Part shown: positions 56,750 through 64,000 of the stretch, piece after piece
How positions within the stretch are numbered: the first letter of the stretch is position 1
Layout: each line of letters begins with the position of its first letter
The notes under the pieces: model-generated
The model's input: the letters and a program-made list of their open reading frames with translations, nothing else
Databases searched by the model: none
What the model was told of the DNA's origin: nothing
Position numbers and translations under genes: made by a program
Assembly: GCA_046350455.1 (NCBI GenBank)
Contig: JAXMAM010000001.1
Span: 57,130-121,129, forward strand
DNA length: 64,000 nt
Direction: 5' to 3'
Source of the DNA: Phycisphaerales bacterium
GTDB lineage: Bacteria > Planctomycetota > Phycisphaerae > Phycisphaerales > SM1A02

Positions 56750-57768
56750 GGGAGGTGCTCGGCGATTTGGATGCCGGTCAGCGCAGCGCCCTTGCGGATT
56801 TGGTCGCCGGCCACAAAGAGCCACAGGCCCAGGCCCGCGGGCTGGCTGGCGTCGCTACGAATGCGGCCCACCAGCACTGGGTCGCGGCCGGACGCGTGGA
56901 TCGGCTCGGGGAAGCGGTTGGCCGCGCGGTCGTCCACCACCTCCAGGCCGGGCGCCTTTGCCAGAATCTGCCGCGCCGCATCCTCGGTGAGCGGCTTGCG
57001 CAGCGTGAGGTTGATGGCCTCGGAGTGCGACCGCAGCACTGGCACACGCACGCACGTGGCGGCCACGCCAATGGTGCTGTCCTCCATGATCTTGTGCGTC
57101 TCCAGCACCAGCTTGCGCTCCTCCTCGTTCATGCCGTCTGCGCCCACGGCGCTGTTGTGGCTGAACAGGTTGAACAGATACTGCCGCCCGAACACCGCGG
57201 TGGTGTACGGCTTTCCCGCAGCAAACTCGTGCGCCTGGCCTTCCAGCTCCGCCATGGCCTGCGCACCAGCGCCGCTGGCCGCCTGATACGTGCTCACCAC
57301 CATGCGCGCTACGCCCACGGCGCGGTGAATGGGCGCCACCGCCATGAGCGCGATGATCGTGCTGCAGTTGGGCACCGCCACAATGCAAGGCTCGGTCCGC
57401 CCCTTCAGCACGTGGCCGTTCACCTCCGGAATGACCAGCGGCACCGCAGAGTCCATGCGGAACGCGCTGCTGTTGTCCACCACCCACGCGCCCTCTGCGA
57501 CAGCGCGCGGTCCCCACTCCTTGCTCACGCCCTTGCCAGCGCTGAAGAACGCAATGTCCACGCCGCGGAAGCAGCCCTCGCGGAGCGCCTCCACCTGCAC
57601 AGGCTGACCGTTCACCATGAGCGTCTTGCCAGCCGACCGCGCACTGGCGAACAGCCGCACCTGGCCATGCGCCACGTGCCGCTCCGCCAGCAGCTGCAGG
57701 AACTCCTGGCCCACCGCACCAGTGGCGCCAACAACAGCAACGCAGGGCATGGAATGAGTCTGGCTCAT
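56713..57768 (-). CDS. asd: aspartate-semialdehyde dehydrogenase (C-terminal 11 codons supplied by the MITE TIR)
   Basis: MPCVAVVGATGAVGQEF (NAD(P) binding), active-site Cys region, 351 aa. The tail ...[19 protein letters not shown] ends inside the element. Confidence 0.85.
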   Translation of the reverse strand: MSQTHSMPCVAVVGATGAVGQEFLQLLAERHVAHGQVRLFASARSAGKTLMVNGQPVQVEALREGCFRGVDIAFFSAGKGVSKEWGPRAVAEGAWVVDNSSAFRMDSAVPLVIPEVNGHVLKGRTEPCIVAVPNCSTIIALMAVAPIHRAVGVARMVVSTYQAASGAGAQAMAELEGQAHEFAAGKPYTTAVFGRQYLFNLFSHNSAVGADGMNEEERKLVLETHKIMEDSTIGVAATCVRVPVLRSHSEAINLTLRKPLTEDAARQILAKAPGLEVVDDRAANRFPEPIHASGRDPVLVGRIRSDASQPAGLGLWLFVAGDQIRKGAALTGIQIAEHLPKLVPGTGVPGF

Positions 57769-57852
57769 GGGGGCAAAGATGCTACATCGCCCCGTTGCGC
57801 CTCGGGCCTGCAGTCTGCCTGTGCGCGGCCGGCGCAGCGCACCGGGCCTGCC

Positions 57853-58269
57853 TTACGCCCTGCGCCGTGGTTCTGGGGCCACCAGGAAGAACCGGCCGAC
57901 TGCGGCATCAAAGCTGGTCTGGTCCGCACGCTCAAAGGTGAACGTGCCCTCCATGGTGCCCCAGCTGGTCATGAGCGGCGCATAGCTCTGGTACTCGAAC
58001 TTCCCACCAGGCGACAGCGTGGGCTGCTGGCCAACCACGCCCTCGCCCTCCACGTCATGCGCGCCGCCGTCCGCGTCCACGATGTGCCAGCGACGCCGGC
58101 GCAGCGTGACCGGAAACTCGCCCTCGTTCACGATCATCACGTGATAGGCAAAGTGAAACCGGCCGCTGGCGGGGTCGCTGCTGTCAGCAACAAACGCAGG
58201 CGTGACGCTGACGCGGATGCCGTCCGTGACGGCCTCGCTGCCGAACTTGACTGGCGTAGCGGTGGTCAT
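57853..58269 (-). CDS. apaG: ApaG/DUF525 domain protein
   Basis: 138 aa. FAYHVMIVNEG...TLRRRRWHIVDADG...GEGVVGQQPTLSPG matches the ApaG fold consensus. Confidence 0.6.
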   Translation of the reverse strand: MTTATPVKFGSEAVTDGIRVSVTPAFVADSSDPASGRFHFAYHVMIVNEGEFPVTLRRRRWHIVDADGGAHDVEGEGVVGQQPTLSPGGKFEYQSYAPLMTSWGTMEGTFTFERADQTSFDAAVGRFFLVAPEPRRRA

Positions 58270-58338
58270 GGCTCGTGCCCAATTCTAGGCAAGCAGCGTG
58301 CCAAGCCAACGCAAACCCATCCGAGTCCCGCCCGCCCC

Positions 58339-59166
58339 TCACGCTGGCTTCACAGGCCCCAGCAGCGCCCGAAGCGCGTCGCCGGGGTCTGGCTCGCGCA
58401 TCAGGCTCTCGCCCACCAGCACGATATGGACCCCGTGCTCCCGCAGACGCGCCAGATCGGCAGGCGTGCGGATGCCGCTCTCTGCCACCATGACACGCCG
58501 CGTGGGTGCCTCCACCATGTCCGCCACGCGCATCACATGACGGATATCGGTCTGCATGGTCTCCAGATTGCGATTGTTGACACCCAGCAGTCCGTATCCA
58601 GCATGCGGGAAGCCAATGTGCGACAGCACCCGCCACAGGTTGTCCACCTGGTGGACCTCCAGCAGCGTGGTCATCTGCAGCTCGGTGGCCAGGATCTGAA
58701 AGTCAATGATCTGCGCCTCGCTCAGGCACTCTGCGATCAGCAGCACTGCATCAGCACCTGCTGCGCGCGACTCCCACACCTGGTACGGATCCACAATGAA
58801 GTCCTTGCGCAACACCGGCAGCGGCACGGCATCGCGGATGCGGTGGATGAAGTCCAGCTGCCCGCCAAAGAACTCCTGGTCTGTCAGGCAGCTGATGGCC
58901 GACGCCCCCGCCTCGTAGTATTTGCGTGCGATCTCCACTGGGTCGAAGTCGGCCCGGATGACACCCGCAGAGGGGCTCTTGCGCTTTACCTCCGCAATCA
59001 CACGCGTGCCAGTCGGATGCCGGTCGTCCACGACGTTGCGGAAGAAGTTCCGCGGCCTGCCCAGCTCTGCGATGCGCTCCTGCAGCACCTTCAGCGGCAC
59101 GCGTCTCTGCGCCTCCGCCACCTCGCGGCGCTTGTGTTCGACGATGTGCCTCAGGACCGGGACCAT
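58339..59166 (-). CDS. trpC: indole-3-glycerol phosphate synthase
   Basis: IAEVKRKSPS, RKDFIVDPYQ, LLIAECL and other IGPS blocks. 275 aa. Confidence 0.85.
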   Translation of the reverse strand: MVPVLRHIVEHKRREVAEAQRRVPLKVLQERIAELGRPRNFFRNVVDDRHPTGTRVIAEVKRKSPSAGVIRADFDPVEIARKYYEAGASAISCLTDQEFFGGQLDFIHRIRDAVPLPVLRKDFIVDPYQVWESRAAGADAVLLIAECLSEAQIIDFQILATELQMTTLLEVHQVDNLWRVLSHIGFPHAGYGLLGVNNRNLETMQTDIRHVMRVADMVEAPTRRVMVAESGIRTPADLARLREHGVHIVLVGESLMREPDPGDALRALLGPVKPA

Positions 59167-60133
59167 GGCGGGCGTACGTACGGCGTGCTGCCTGGTTGCC
59201 GCGCTGGTTGCAGTGCCAGCGGAAGCGGCGGGGCAGGTGGGAGAGGGTAGCGCAGCCCCAGATCAGGCGTGGCTCACGGTGCTGCTGTTCTCGGTACTGG
59301 CAGCGGTGTGCGTATCGGCCTTCGTGCGCGTGCCGCTGTTCCGCATCCCGCTGGGCACAGGGCCGGCCACGCGCCTGCGGTCAGACGTGCTGGTGCTGGG
59401 CTGGGTGGGAGCGATCGTGGCAGCCCAGCCTGGCGCATGGGCGGCTGCCAGCGTGGCGGGTGCGTGGACAGACTGGGACGCGCTGCCTGCGCTGGCGCAG
59501 AGCACGCTGCTTGGGCTGGGTGCAAACGTGGGTTCGCTGGCGTGGCTGGTGGCCATCCTGGTGCTGGCTGGGGTGCGGTGGGTGGAGCCGGCGGTGGAGC
59601 CCGCGCACGCCGCTGCGCCGTTCACGCCTCCTGCTCGCGCCCCGGCGGTGCTCTCGCTGGCGCTGGTGTTTGTCAGCTCGCTGCTGGCGTGGCCAGTGTG
59701 GACCGCGCTCGGCGGGATCGTCACGCTCATTCAGGAGCGTCTGGGCAGCCGCGCGCCCACGCTTGGCCATGAAGTGCTGGACGCCATGGTCCACTCGTCA
59801 GACCATGGCTGGCGCGTTGCGTCCATGCTGCTGGCGCTGGTGAGCGCGCCGGTGGTGGAAGAGCTGGCTTCCCGCGGGTTCCTGCAGCAGGGCATCAAGC
59901 GGCTGCAGTTCAGCCGGACCGTTGCAGTGCTGTGCACCTCTGCGGTGTTTGCGCTCATGCACTGGTCGGTGCTGCCAGCGCAAGCAAAGGCCTCTGGCCT
60001 CACAGTGCTCTTCACCGTGAGCGTGCTGTGGGGCTGGCTGTACGAACGCACCGGCCGCCTGTGGACCTGCATGCTGGGCCACGCGCTGTTCAACCTGGCC
60101 AACCTGCTGCAGGCGCTCAGCGTGGGTCAATGA
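59165..60133 (+). CDS. CPBP (CAAX protease/Abi) family intramembrane metalloprotease
   Basis: Motifs EELASRGF, FALMHW, HALFN. Multi-pass membrane protein. The ATG shares the CATG tetranucleotide with the divergent trpC start. Confidence 0.55.
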   Translation: MAGVRTACCLVAALVAVPAEAAGQVGEGSAAPDQAWLTVLLFSVLAAVCVSAFVRVPLFRIPLGTGPATRLRSDVLVLGWVGAIVAAQPGAWAAASVAGAWTDWDALPALAQSTLLGLGANVGSLAWLVAILVLAGVRWVEPAVEPAHAAAPFTPPARAPAVLSLALVFVSSLLAWPVWTALGGIVTLIQERLGSRAPTLGHEVLDAMVHSSDHGWRVASMLLALVSAPVVEELASRGFLQQGIKRLQFSRTVAVLCTSAVFALMHWSVLPAQAKASGLTVLFTVSVLWGWLYERTGRLWTCMLGHALFNLANLLQALSVGQ

Positions 60134-60145
60134 CCTGCGCAGCGG

Positions 60146-61789
60146 TCACGGCCCACTCGCCGCTGCCGGCTTGTCCAGCATCTTGATGCTGGTGGGCGGC
60201 TTGCCCAGGCTGTCGTAGGACAGCGAGCGGTGGATGTCCAGGTAGGTGGCGTCGTCCTGCGCCATGGCACGGGCGCCATCCAGGTCTGGGTGGATCTCCA
60301 GCGCGTAGGGCTTGCTTGGATCGAACCCTGGCGCGGTGACGCGCTGCAGGTTGTCAGGCGCGTTTGGCACCACCTTCAGGGGCCAGCGTCGGTCGCCCTG
60401 CTGCAGCGTGACCTGCAGGCGCATGATGGCGCCATTGAAGAAGGTTGAGTTGGATCCCTCCAGCACATAGGAGTCACTGGAGTCATCCTTGGTCAAGACA
60501 TAGGCGCGCAACTGGTCGTCCAGCCAGCCGTACCACTGTGGGTTGTCCACGGGCGTGAGCACCAGCGACTCGCGTGGCTTGATGACGAACTGCTGGCGCC
60601 AATGCATGGGAATTCCGTCCTCTGGCACTGGCTCGCTGGGGCCGCTGGTCTGCACCATGCGTCCATTCACCATGCGGGGCGTGCTGGGAGCGCGGCGCGA
60701 CTGCTGCAGCCACGCCTCTGCCTTGGCGCCGGTCAGCAGCACGCAGTCTGCGTCCACCTCGATGGTGCCAGAGGTGGGCGGCTCCAGGATGAGCAGCATG
60801 CGCTGCGAGCCCAGGCCTGTGGGCATGATCTGGTCCACCGGCTTCCATGCGTCGTCCCCCGCGCCGCTGGGACGCCAGCGCGCCAGCTTCACAGCCAGCG
60901 CCAGCCGGTTGCGGACAGCGAAGCCCAGCGGCGAGCCGGCAAAATTGGCCTGCAGGTTGGGCGACACTGGCGTGCCGTACACCAGCGTGGGAGGCTCGGC
61001 CGCGGGCTGGAAGAGCTTGTTCAGGAAGGCGGGCTGCGCCAGCAGGTCGTCAAAGGCGCGTTCGTCGGCGGATCCGGCCATGGTGATCAGCTGTCCGATG
61101 GCCTTCTGGTCCAGTGCTTCGAACTTCTCCTCTGAGTCTGCCAGCGTGGCGGCGACGAGCCTCACCAGCTGGTTCCGGGCGCTGCTGCCGCGCGAGTACA
61201 GGAACGGAAGCACGTTGGGCGACAGCACGGCGGGGAGCACCGCGTCGCGCACGGCCTGGTCGTTCCGCATGCGGTCCATCACCTGGTTGACCATGCCGAT
61301 TGGGCTCGCTGGCCCCATGCCAACGCGCGCGCGCGGGCCGCGGCTGGTGAGCTCTGCCACCACCTCGGCCACCGCGCTGCGGTCGCCAGCTCCAGCCAGC
61401 GTGAGCAGCTCGTCGATGGAGACAGCGTTGGCCAGCGTGCGGTCGCGCCAGTTCATGACCGCGTAGTTGAGATGCGTGGCAGCCATGGCGGCGCCACCAG
61501 CCATCACCATCAGGCCCAGCACCGCCACGCCCCAGCGGCGGGAACGCACGCCAAACCGCACGCTGCGCCGGCGCTTGAGCGACTTGCCGCATTCAGGGCA
61601 CGTCTCTGCTGTGTCTGGCGTGGCGCGCAGGTCAAACCCGCACGCTGCGCAGCGCGGCGCCCAGCCAGCCACGCGGCCTGCCAGGCCAAGGCCCAGCGTC
61701 ACGCCGCCAGCCGCAGCCAGCACCAGCGGCGCGTAGATCAGCGCTTCAAACAGCTCGACCGGAATGGCTCGGAGTGCAGAGACGATCAT
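60146..61789 (-). CDS. zinc-ribbon membrane protein, paralog family member 4
   Basis: N-terminal TM, RCAACGFDLRATPDTAETCPECGKSL, a second TM, and about 400-aa periplasmic domain. Confidence 0.5.
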   Translation of the reverse strand: MIVSALRAIPVELFEALIYAPLVLAAAGGVTLGLGLAGRVAGWAPRCAACGFDLRATPDTAETCPECGKSLKRRRSVRFGVRSRRWGVAVLGLMVMAGGAAMAATHLNYAVMNWRDRTLANAVSIDELLTLAGAGDRSAVAEVVAELTSRGPRARVGMGPASPIGMVNQVMDRMRNDQAVRDAVLPAVLSPNVLPFLYSRGSSARNQLVRLVAATLADSEEKFEALDQKAIGQLITMAGSADERAFDDLLAQPAFLNKLFQPAAEPPTLVYGTPVSPNLQANFAGSPLGFAVRNRLALAVKLARWRPSGAGDDAWKPVDQIMPTGLGSQRMLLILEPPTSGTIEVDADCVLLTGAKAEAWLQQSRRAPSTPRMVNGRMVQTSGPSEPVPEDGIPMHWRQQFVIKPRESLVLTPVDNPQWYGWLDDQLRAYVLTKDDSSDSYVLEGSNSTFFNGAIMRLQVTLQQGDRRWPLKVVPNAPDNLQRVTAPGFDPSKPYALEIHPDLDGARAMAQDDATYLDIHRSLSYDSLGKPPTSIKMLDKPAAASGP

Positions 61790-63369
61790 GCGGACGATCC
61801 GTCGCTATTGTGCCACGCCCGGCCCTCGCGGGCCAAGAGCTCATCTGCAGATGCAGGCCCCCAGCTGCCTGGCGCGTAGTTGCCGCGGATGCCTTCGCGC
61901 AGCGGTGCGCTGGCAGGACCCAGGAAGGGCATCACAGCGCGCCAGGCGTCCTCGGTCTCCTCACGGGTCTTGAACAGCGTCTGGTCGCCGCGCATGGCGT
62001 CCACGATGAGCGGGCCATACGCCTCCACAGGGCGCGTGGCAAACTGGCTGCAGTAGTCCATGCTGAGCTCCGCTGGGCGGAACTGGATTCCAGGCCCCGG
62101 CACCTTGCTGTTGAAGCGCACGCGGAAGCGCTCGTGCGGCGCGATCTCGATGATGATGCGATCGGGCGTGATGGCTTCGCGGGTCACGGCGCGGAACAGG
62201 TTGGCCGCTGGTGGCTTGAACTGCACCACGATCTCGGTGGACTTGCGCGCCAACCGCTTGCCCGTGCGCAGGTAGAAGGGCGTGCCGCCCCAGCGCCAGT
62301 TGTCAAAGGTGATGCGCAGCGCTGCAAAGGTCTCTGTGATGCTGCCAGGCGCGACGCCGGGGAGATCTGCGTAGGCAGGGGTGGGGGGGGTGCTCGCGGT
62401 CGTGCTGGCAGCGCTCGCGCTCGCGGCGCTCGTGCCCGCGGCGGTCGCGCCCGCGGAGTACTGCCCCAGCGCAGCCACGCGCGTGATGTCCTCTGCGCGC
62501 GGCAGCTGGATGCTCTCCACGATCTTGCGCTTCTCTGCGCGGATCTGGTCGGCCGTGTAGCTGCTGGGCGGCTCCATGGCCACGAATGCCATCACCTGCA
62601 GCAGATGGCTCTGGATCATGTCGCGGATGGCGCCCGTGTTGTCGTAGAAGGCGGTGCGGTTGTCCACGCCCAGCGTCTCTGCTGCGGTGATCTGCACGTG
62701 GTCCACGTAGCGCGCGTTCCACACCGGCTCAAAGATGCTGTTTGCAAAGCGGAAGACCAGCAGGTTCTGCACCACCTCCTTGCCCAGGTAGTGGTCGATG
62801 CGATAGACCGCGTCCTCCTCGAACACGCGGCCCAGCGCGCGGTTCAGCGCGCGTGCGCTGCCCAGGTCGTGCCCGAACGGCTTCTCCACGATGATGCGCT
62901 GCCAGCTGCGCCGCGTGCGGTCCAGGCTGCACCACTGCTTGCCTTCGGTCACCATGCCGGCCGCGTCAATCTGCGCGATGATGGGCTCGTACAGCTCGGG
63001 CGCCACGCTCAGGTAGAAGAGCACGTTGCCGTGGCAGCCGTACTGCTCCTGAAGCGCGCTCACGCGGGCGGCGATGGGGGCCCACGCTTCGGCCTTCACT
63101 GCGTCGCCGGGCAGGTAGTGGATGCGCGCGGCCAGTGCGGCCCATGCGGCGGCGTCAAAGTCGCTGCCAGCTGCGGCGCGCACGCCTTTCTCCAGATCGT
63201 CGCGGAAGCTCTGGTCTGTCTTGGGCGACCGGCTGACGCCCAGGATGCACGTGTTGTCCGGCAGCGCACCAGCGCGGGCCATCTCGTACATGCTGGGGAT
63301 GAGCTTGCGGTGCGTCAGGTCGCCCGACGCACCGAGGATCACAATGACGCACGGTTCAGCATTCGCCAC
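61786..63369 (-). CDS. zwf: glucose-6-phosphate 1-dehydrogenase
   Basis: IVILGASGDLTHRKL (NADP), RIDHYLGKE active-site motif, 527 aa, GTG start. A low-complexity poly-Ala/Ser insert lies around residue 300. Confidence 0.85.
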   Translation of the reverse strand: MANAEPCVIVILGASGDLTHRKLIPSMYEMARAGALPDNTCILGVSRSPKTDQSFRDDLEKGVRAAAGSDFDAAAWAALAARIHYLPGDAVKAEAWAPIAARVSALQEQYGCHGNVLFYLSVAPELYEPIIAQIDAAGMVTEGKQWCSLDRTRRSWQRIIVEKPFGHDLGSARALNRALGRVFEEDAVYRIDHYLGKEVVQNLLVFRFANSIFEPVWNARYVDHVQITAAETLGVDNRTAFYDNTGAIRDMIQSHLLQVMAFVAMEPPSSYTADQIRAEKRKIVESIQLPRAEDITRVAALGQYSAGATAAGTSAASASAASTTASTPPTPAYADLPGVAPGSITETFAALRITFDNWRWGGTPFYLRTGKRLARKSTEIVVQFKPPAANLFRAVTREAITPDRIIIEIAPHERFRVRFNSKVPGPGIQFRPAELSMDYCSQFATRPVEAYGPLIVDAMRGDQTLFKTREETEDAWRAVMPFLGPASAPLREGIRGNYAPGSWGPASADELLAREGRAWHNSDGSSA

Positions 63370-63381
63370 CCCCGCAGAATA

Positions 63382-63417
63382 GGAAAATGGTGCCTGGCAC
63401 TCCTGTCCCTACTTTCT
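63382..63417 (+). repeat. solo MITE TIR (degenerate), 13 nt upstream of the zwf start
   Basis: ggaaaatggtgcctggcactcctgtccctactttc versus the TIR gaaattggtgcctggcacgggtgtccctactttc. Confidence 0.45.
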
Positions 63418-63429
63418 GGGGCGACGGGG

Positions 63430-63590
63430 GCCGGGGGGCGGTGCGGTGGTCAGGCGGAGGGGCGCGCCTCACGCGGCACGCCGCGCCTCACGCCGCGCAC
63501 CCCGCTTCACGCGGCGCCGCGGGGTTCACGCTGGGCTGTGCCTCGCGTGGTCCGGTCCGCCTCACGCAGCGCCGCGGGCCTCGCGCCGCC
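63430..63590 (+). repeat. GC-rich degenerate ~20-bp tandem repeats containing the palindrome CGCGGCGCCGCG (zwf upstream / recombinase downstream)
   Basis: cctcacgcggcacgccgcg, cctcacgccgcgcacccc, cttcacgcggcgccgcgggg, cctcacgcagcgccgcgggc, cctcacgcagctccgcgggc ... Confidence 0.4.
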
Positions 63591-63593
63591 ACC

Positions 63594-64000
63594 TCACGCA
63601 GCTCCGCGGGCTTCGCGCGGGTGGAATCGCTCAATGGTGCGCCGCAGGTGGCTGCGGTCCACATGGGTGTACACCTGCGTGGTGCCGATGTCCGAGTGCC
63701 CCAGGAGCTCCTGCACCACGCGCAGGTCTGCGCCGCCTGCCACCAGGTGCGTGGCAAACGAATGCCGCAGGAGGTGCGGATGCACCCCGCGGATGCCGGC
63801 CAGCGCTGCATACCGCCCCACGATTTGCCACACCGCCACGCGCTCGATGGGCCGGCCGGTGTGCGAGAGCAGCAGCCGGTACCGGTCGCGCCCGTCGTTC
63901 CAGCGCAGCAGGTGCGGGCGCAGTTCTGCCAGGTATCGCTTGGTGGCCTCGATGGCCGGCACGCCGATCGGCACCAACCGGTGCTTGTTGCCCTTGCCGA
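63594..64000 (-). CDS. tyrosine recombinase XerC/XerD family, C-terminal part (gene continues beyond window end)
   Basis: [36 protein letters not shown] carries the catalytic R, H and Y. Confidence 0.7.
   Translation of the reverse strand, partial: GKGNKHRLVPIGVPAIEATKRYLAELRPHLLRWNDGRDRYRLLLSHTGRPIERVAVWQIVGRYAALAGIRGVHPHLLRHSFATHLVAGGADLRVVQELLGHSDIGTTQVYTHVDRSHLRRTIERFHPREARGAA

Noticed and set aside
63430-63590. Possible CRISPR array
   Set aside because: The repeats are about 20 bp, degenerate and contiguous without unique spacers. No cas genes are present, and I found no CRISPR-like array elsewhere in the window.
1-64000. tRNA, rRNA and tmRNA genes
   Set aside because: I saw no T-loop GGTTCGAATCC-type boxes with an appropriate cloverleaf context and no rRNA-like conserved stretches. 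Coding density is high throughout.

Overview
This is a 64-kb window of very GC-rich (about 68%) bacterial chromosome with dense coding on both strands. Most six-frame ORFs are GC-driven shadow frames, so I used GC3 skew, motifs and start/stop geometry to choose frames. The content looks Planctomycetota-like (my inference): PEP-CTERM-type sorting signals, dockerin-type calcium-binding repeats, an arylsulfatase, and ECF sigma/anti-sigma factors. Housekeeping genes anchor the window as chromosomal: xylA, asd, trpC, zwf, an apaG-like gene, a partial xerC/xerD-type recombinase, a CPA1 antiporter, a flotillin, a ureohydrolase and a PadR regulator. The standout is a 12.6-kb operon at 43495-56132 of 10 predicted genes (11 ORF segments; the TM/Pro-Gln-rich protein is split across two frames), all on the + strand and mostly joined by ATGA/TGATG/GTGA overlaps. 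It encodes a zinc-ribbon GTPase, a small protein, a TM/Pro-Gln-rich protein, a Pro-rich anchored protein, a 996-aa bitopic coiled-coil protein, and a DUF4339(GYF-like)-6TM protein. These are followed by a MotA/TolQ/ExbB-type channel, two TolR/ExbD-type subunits with the conserved transmembrane Asp, and a lipoprotein with carboxypeptidase-regulatory-like domains. It does not match the canonical Tol-Pal, TonB, flagellar-stator, Agl-Glt or Zorya layouts, so I flag it as a candidate undescribed PMF-powered envelope machine under GTPase control. Two inverted copies of a roughly 500-620-bp TIR-bounded MITE-like element (39026-39528 and 56133-56749) bracket a 16.6-kb segment containing the operon. 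Copy 2 rewrites the last 11 codons of asd, and copy 1 supplies part of the antiporter stop codon. A solo TIR plus palindromic GC-rich repeats lie upstream of zwf. Other points: four paralogous zinc-ribbon membrane proteins, four PEP-CTERM-variant (PGPG/PAPG) proteins with no exosortase in the window, and several dockerin-bearing secreted proteins. There are also two apparently decaying genes (a TPR protein with an in-frame TGA plus frameshift, and a sulfotransferase with a 7-bp tandem duplication) and several possible frameshifts inside the operon that need read-level checking. I found no rRNA, tRNA or CRISPR array. Listed CDS ends follow the supplied ORF track and internal starts are offset from it in codons; MITE, repeat, terminator and frameshift positions were read from the printed sequence and are accurate to a few nt.
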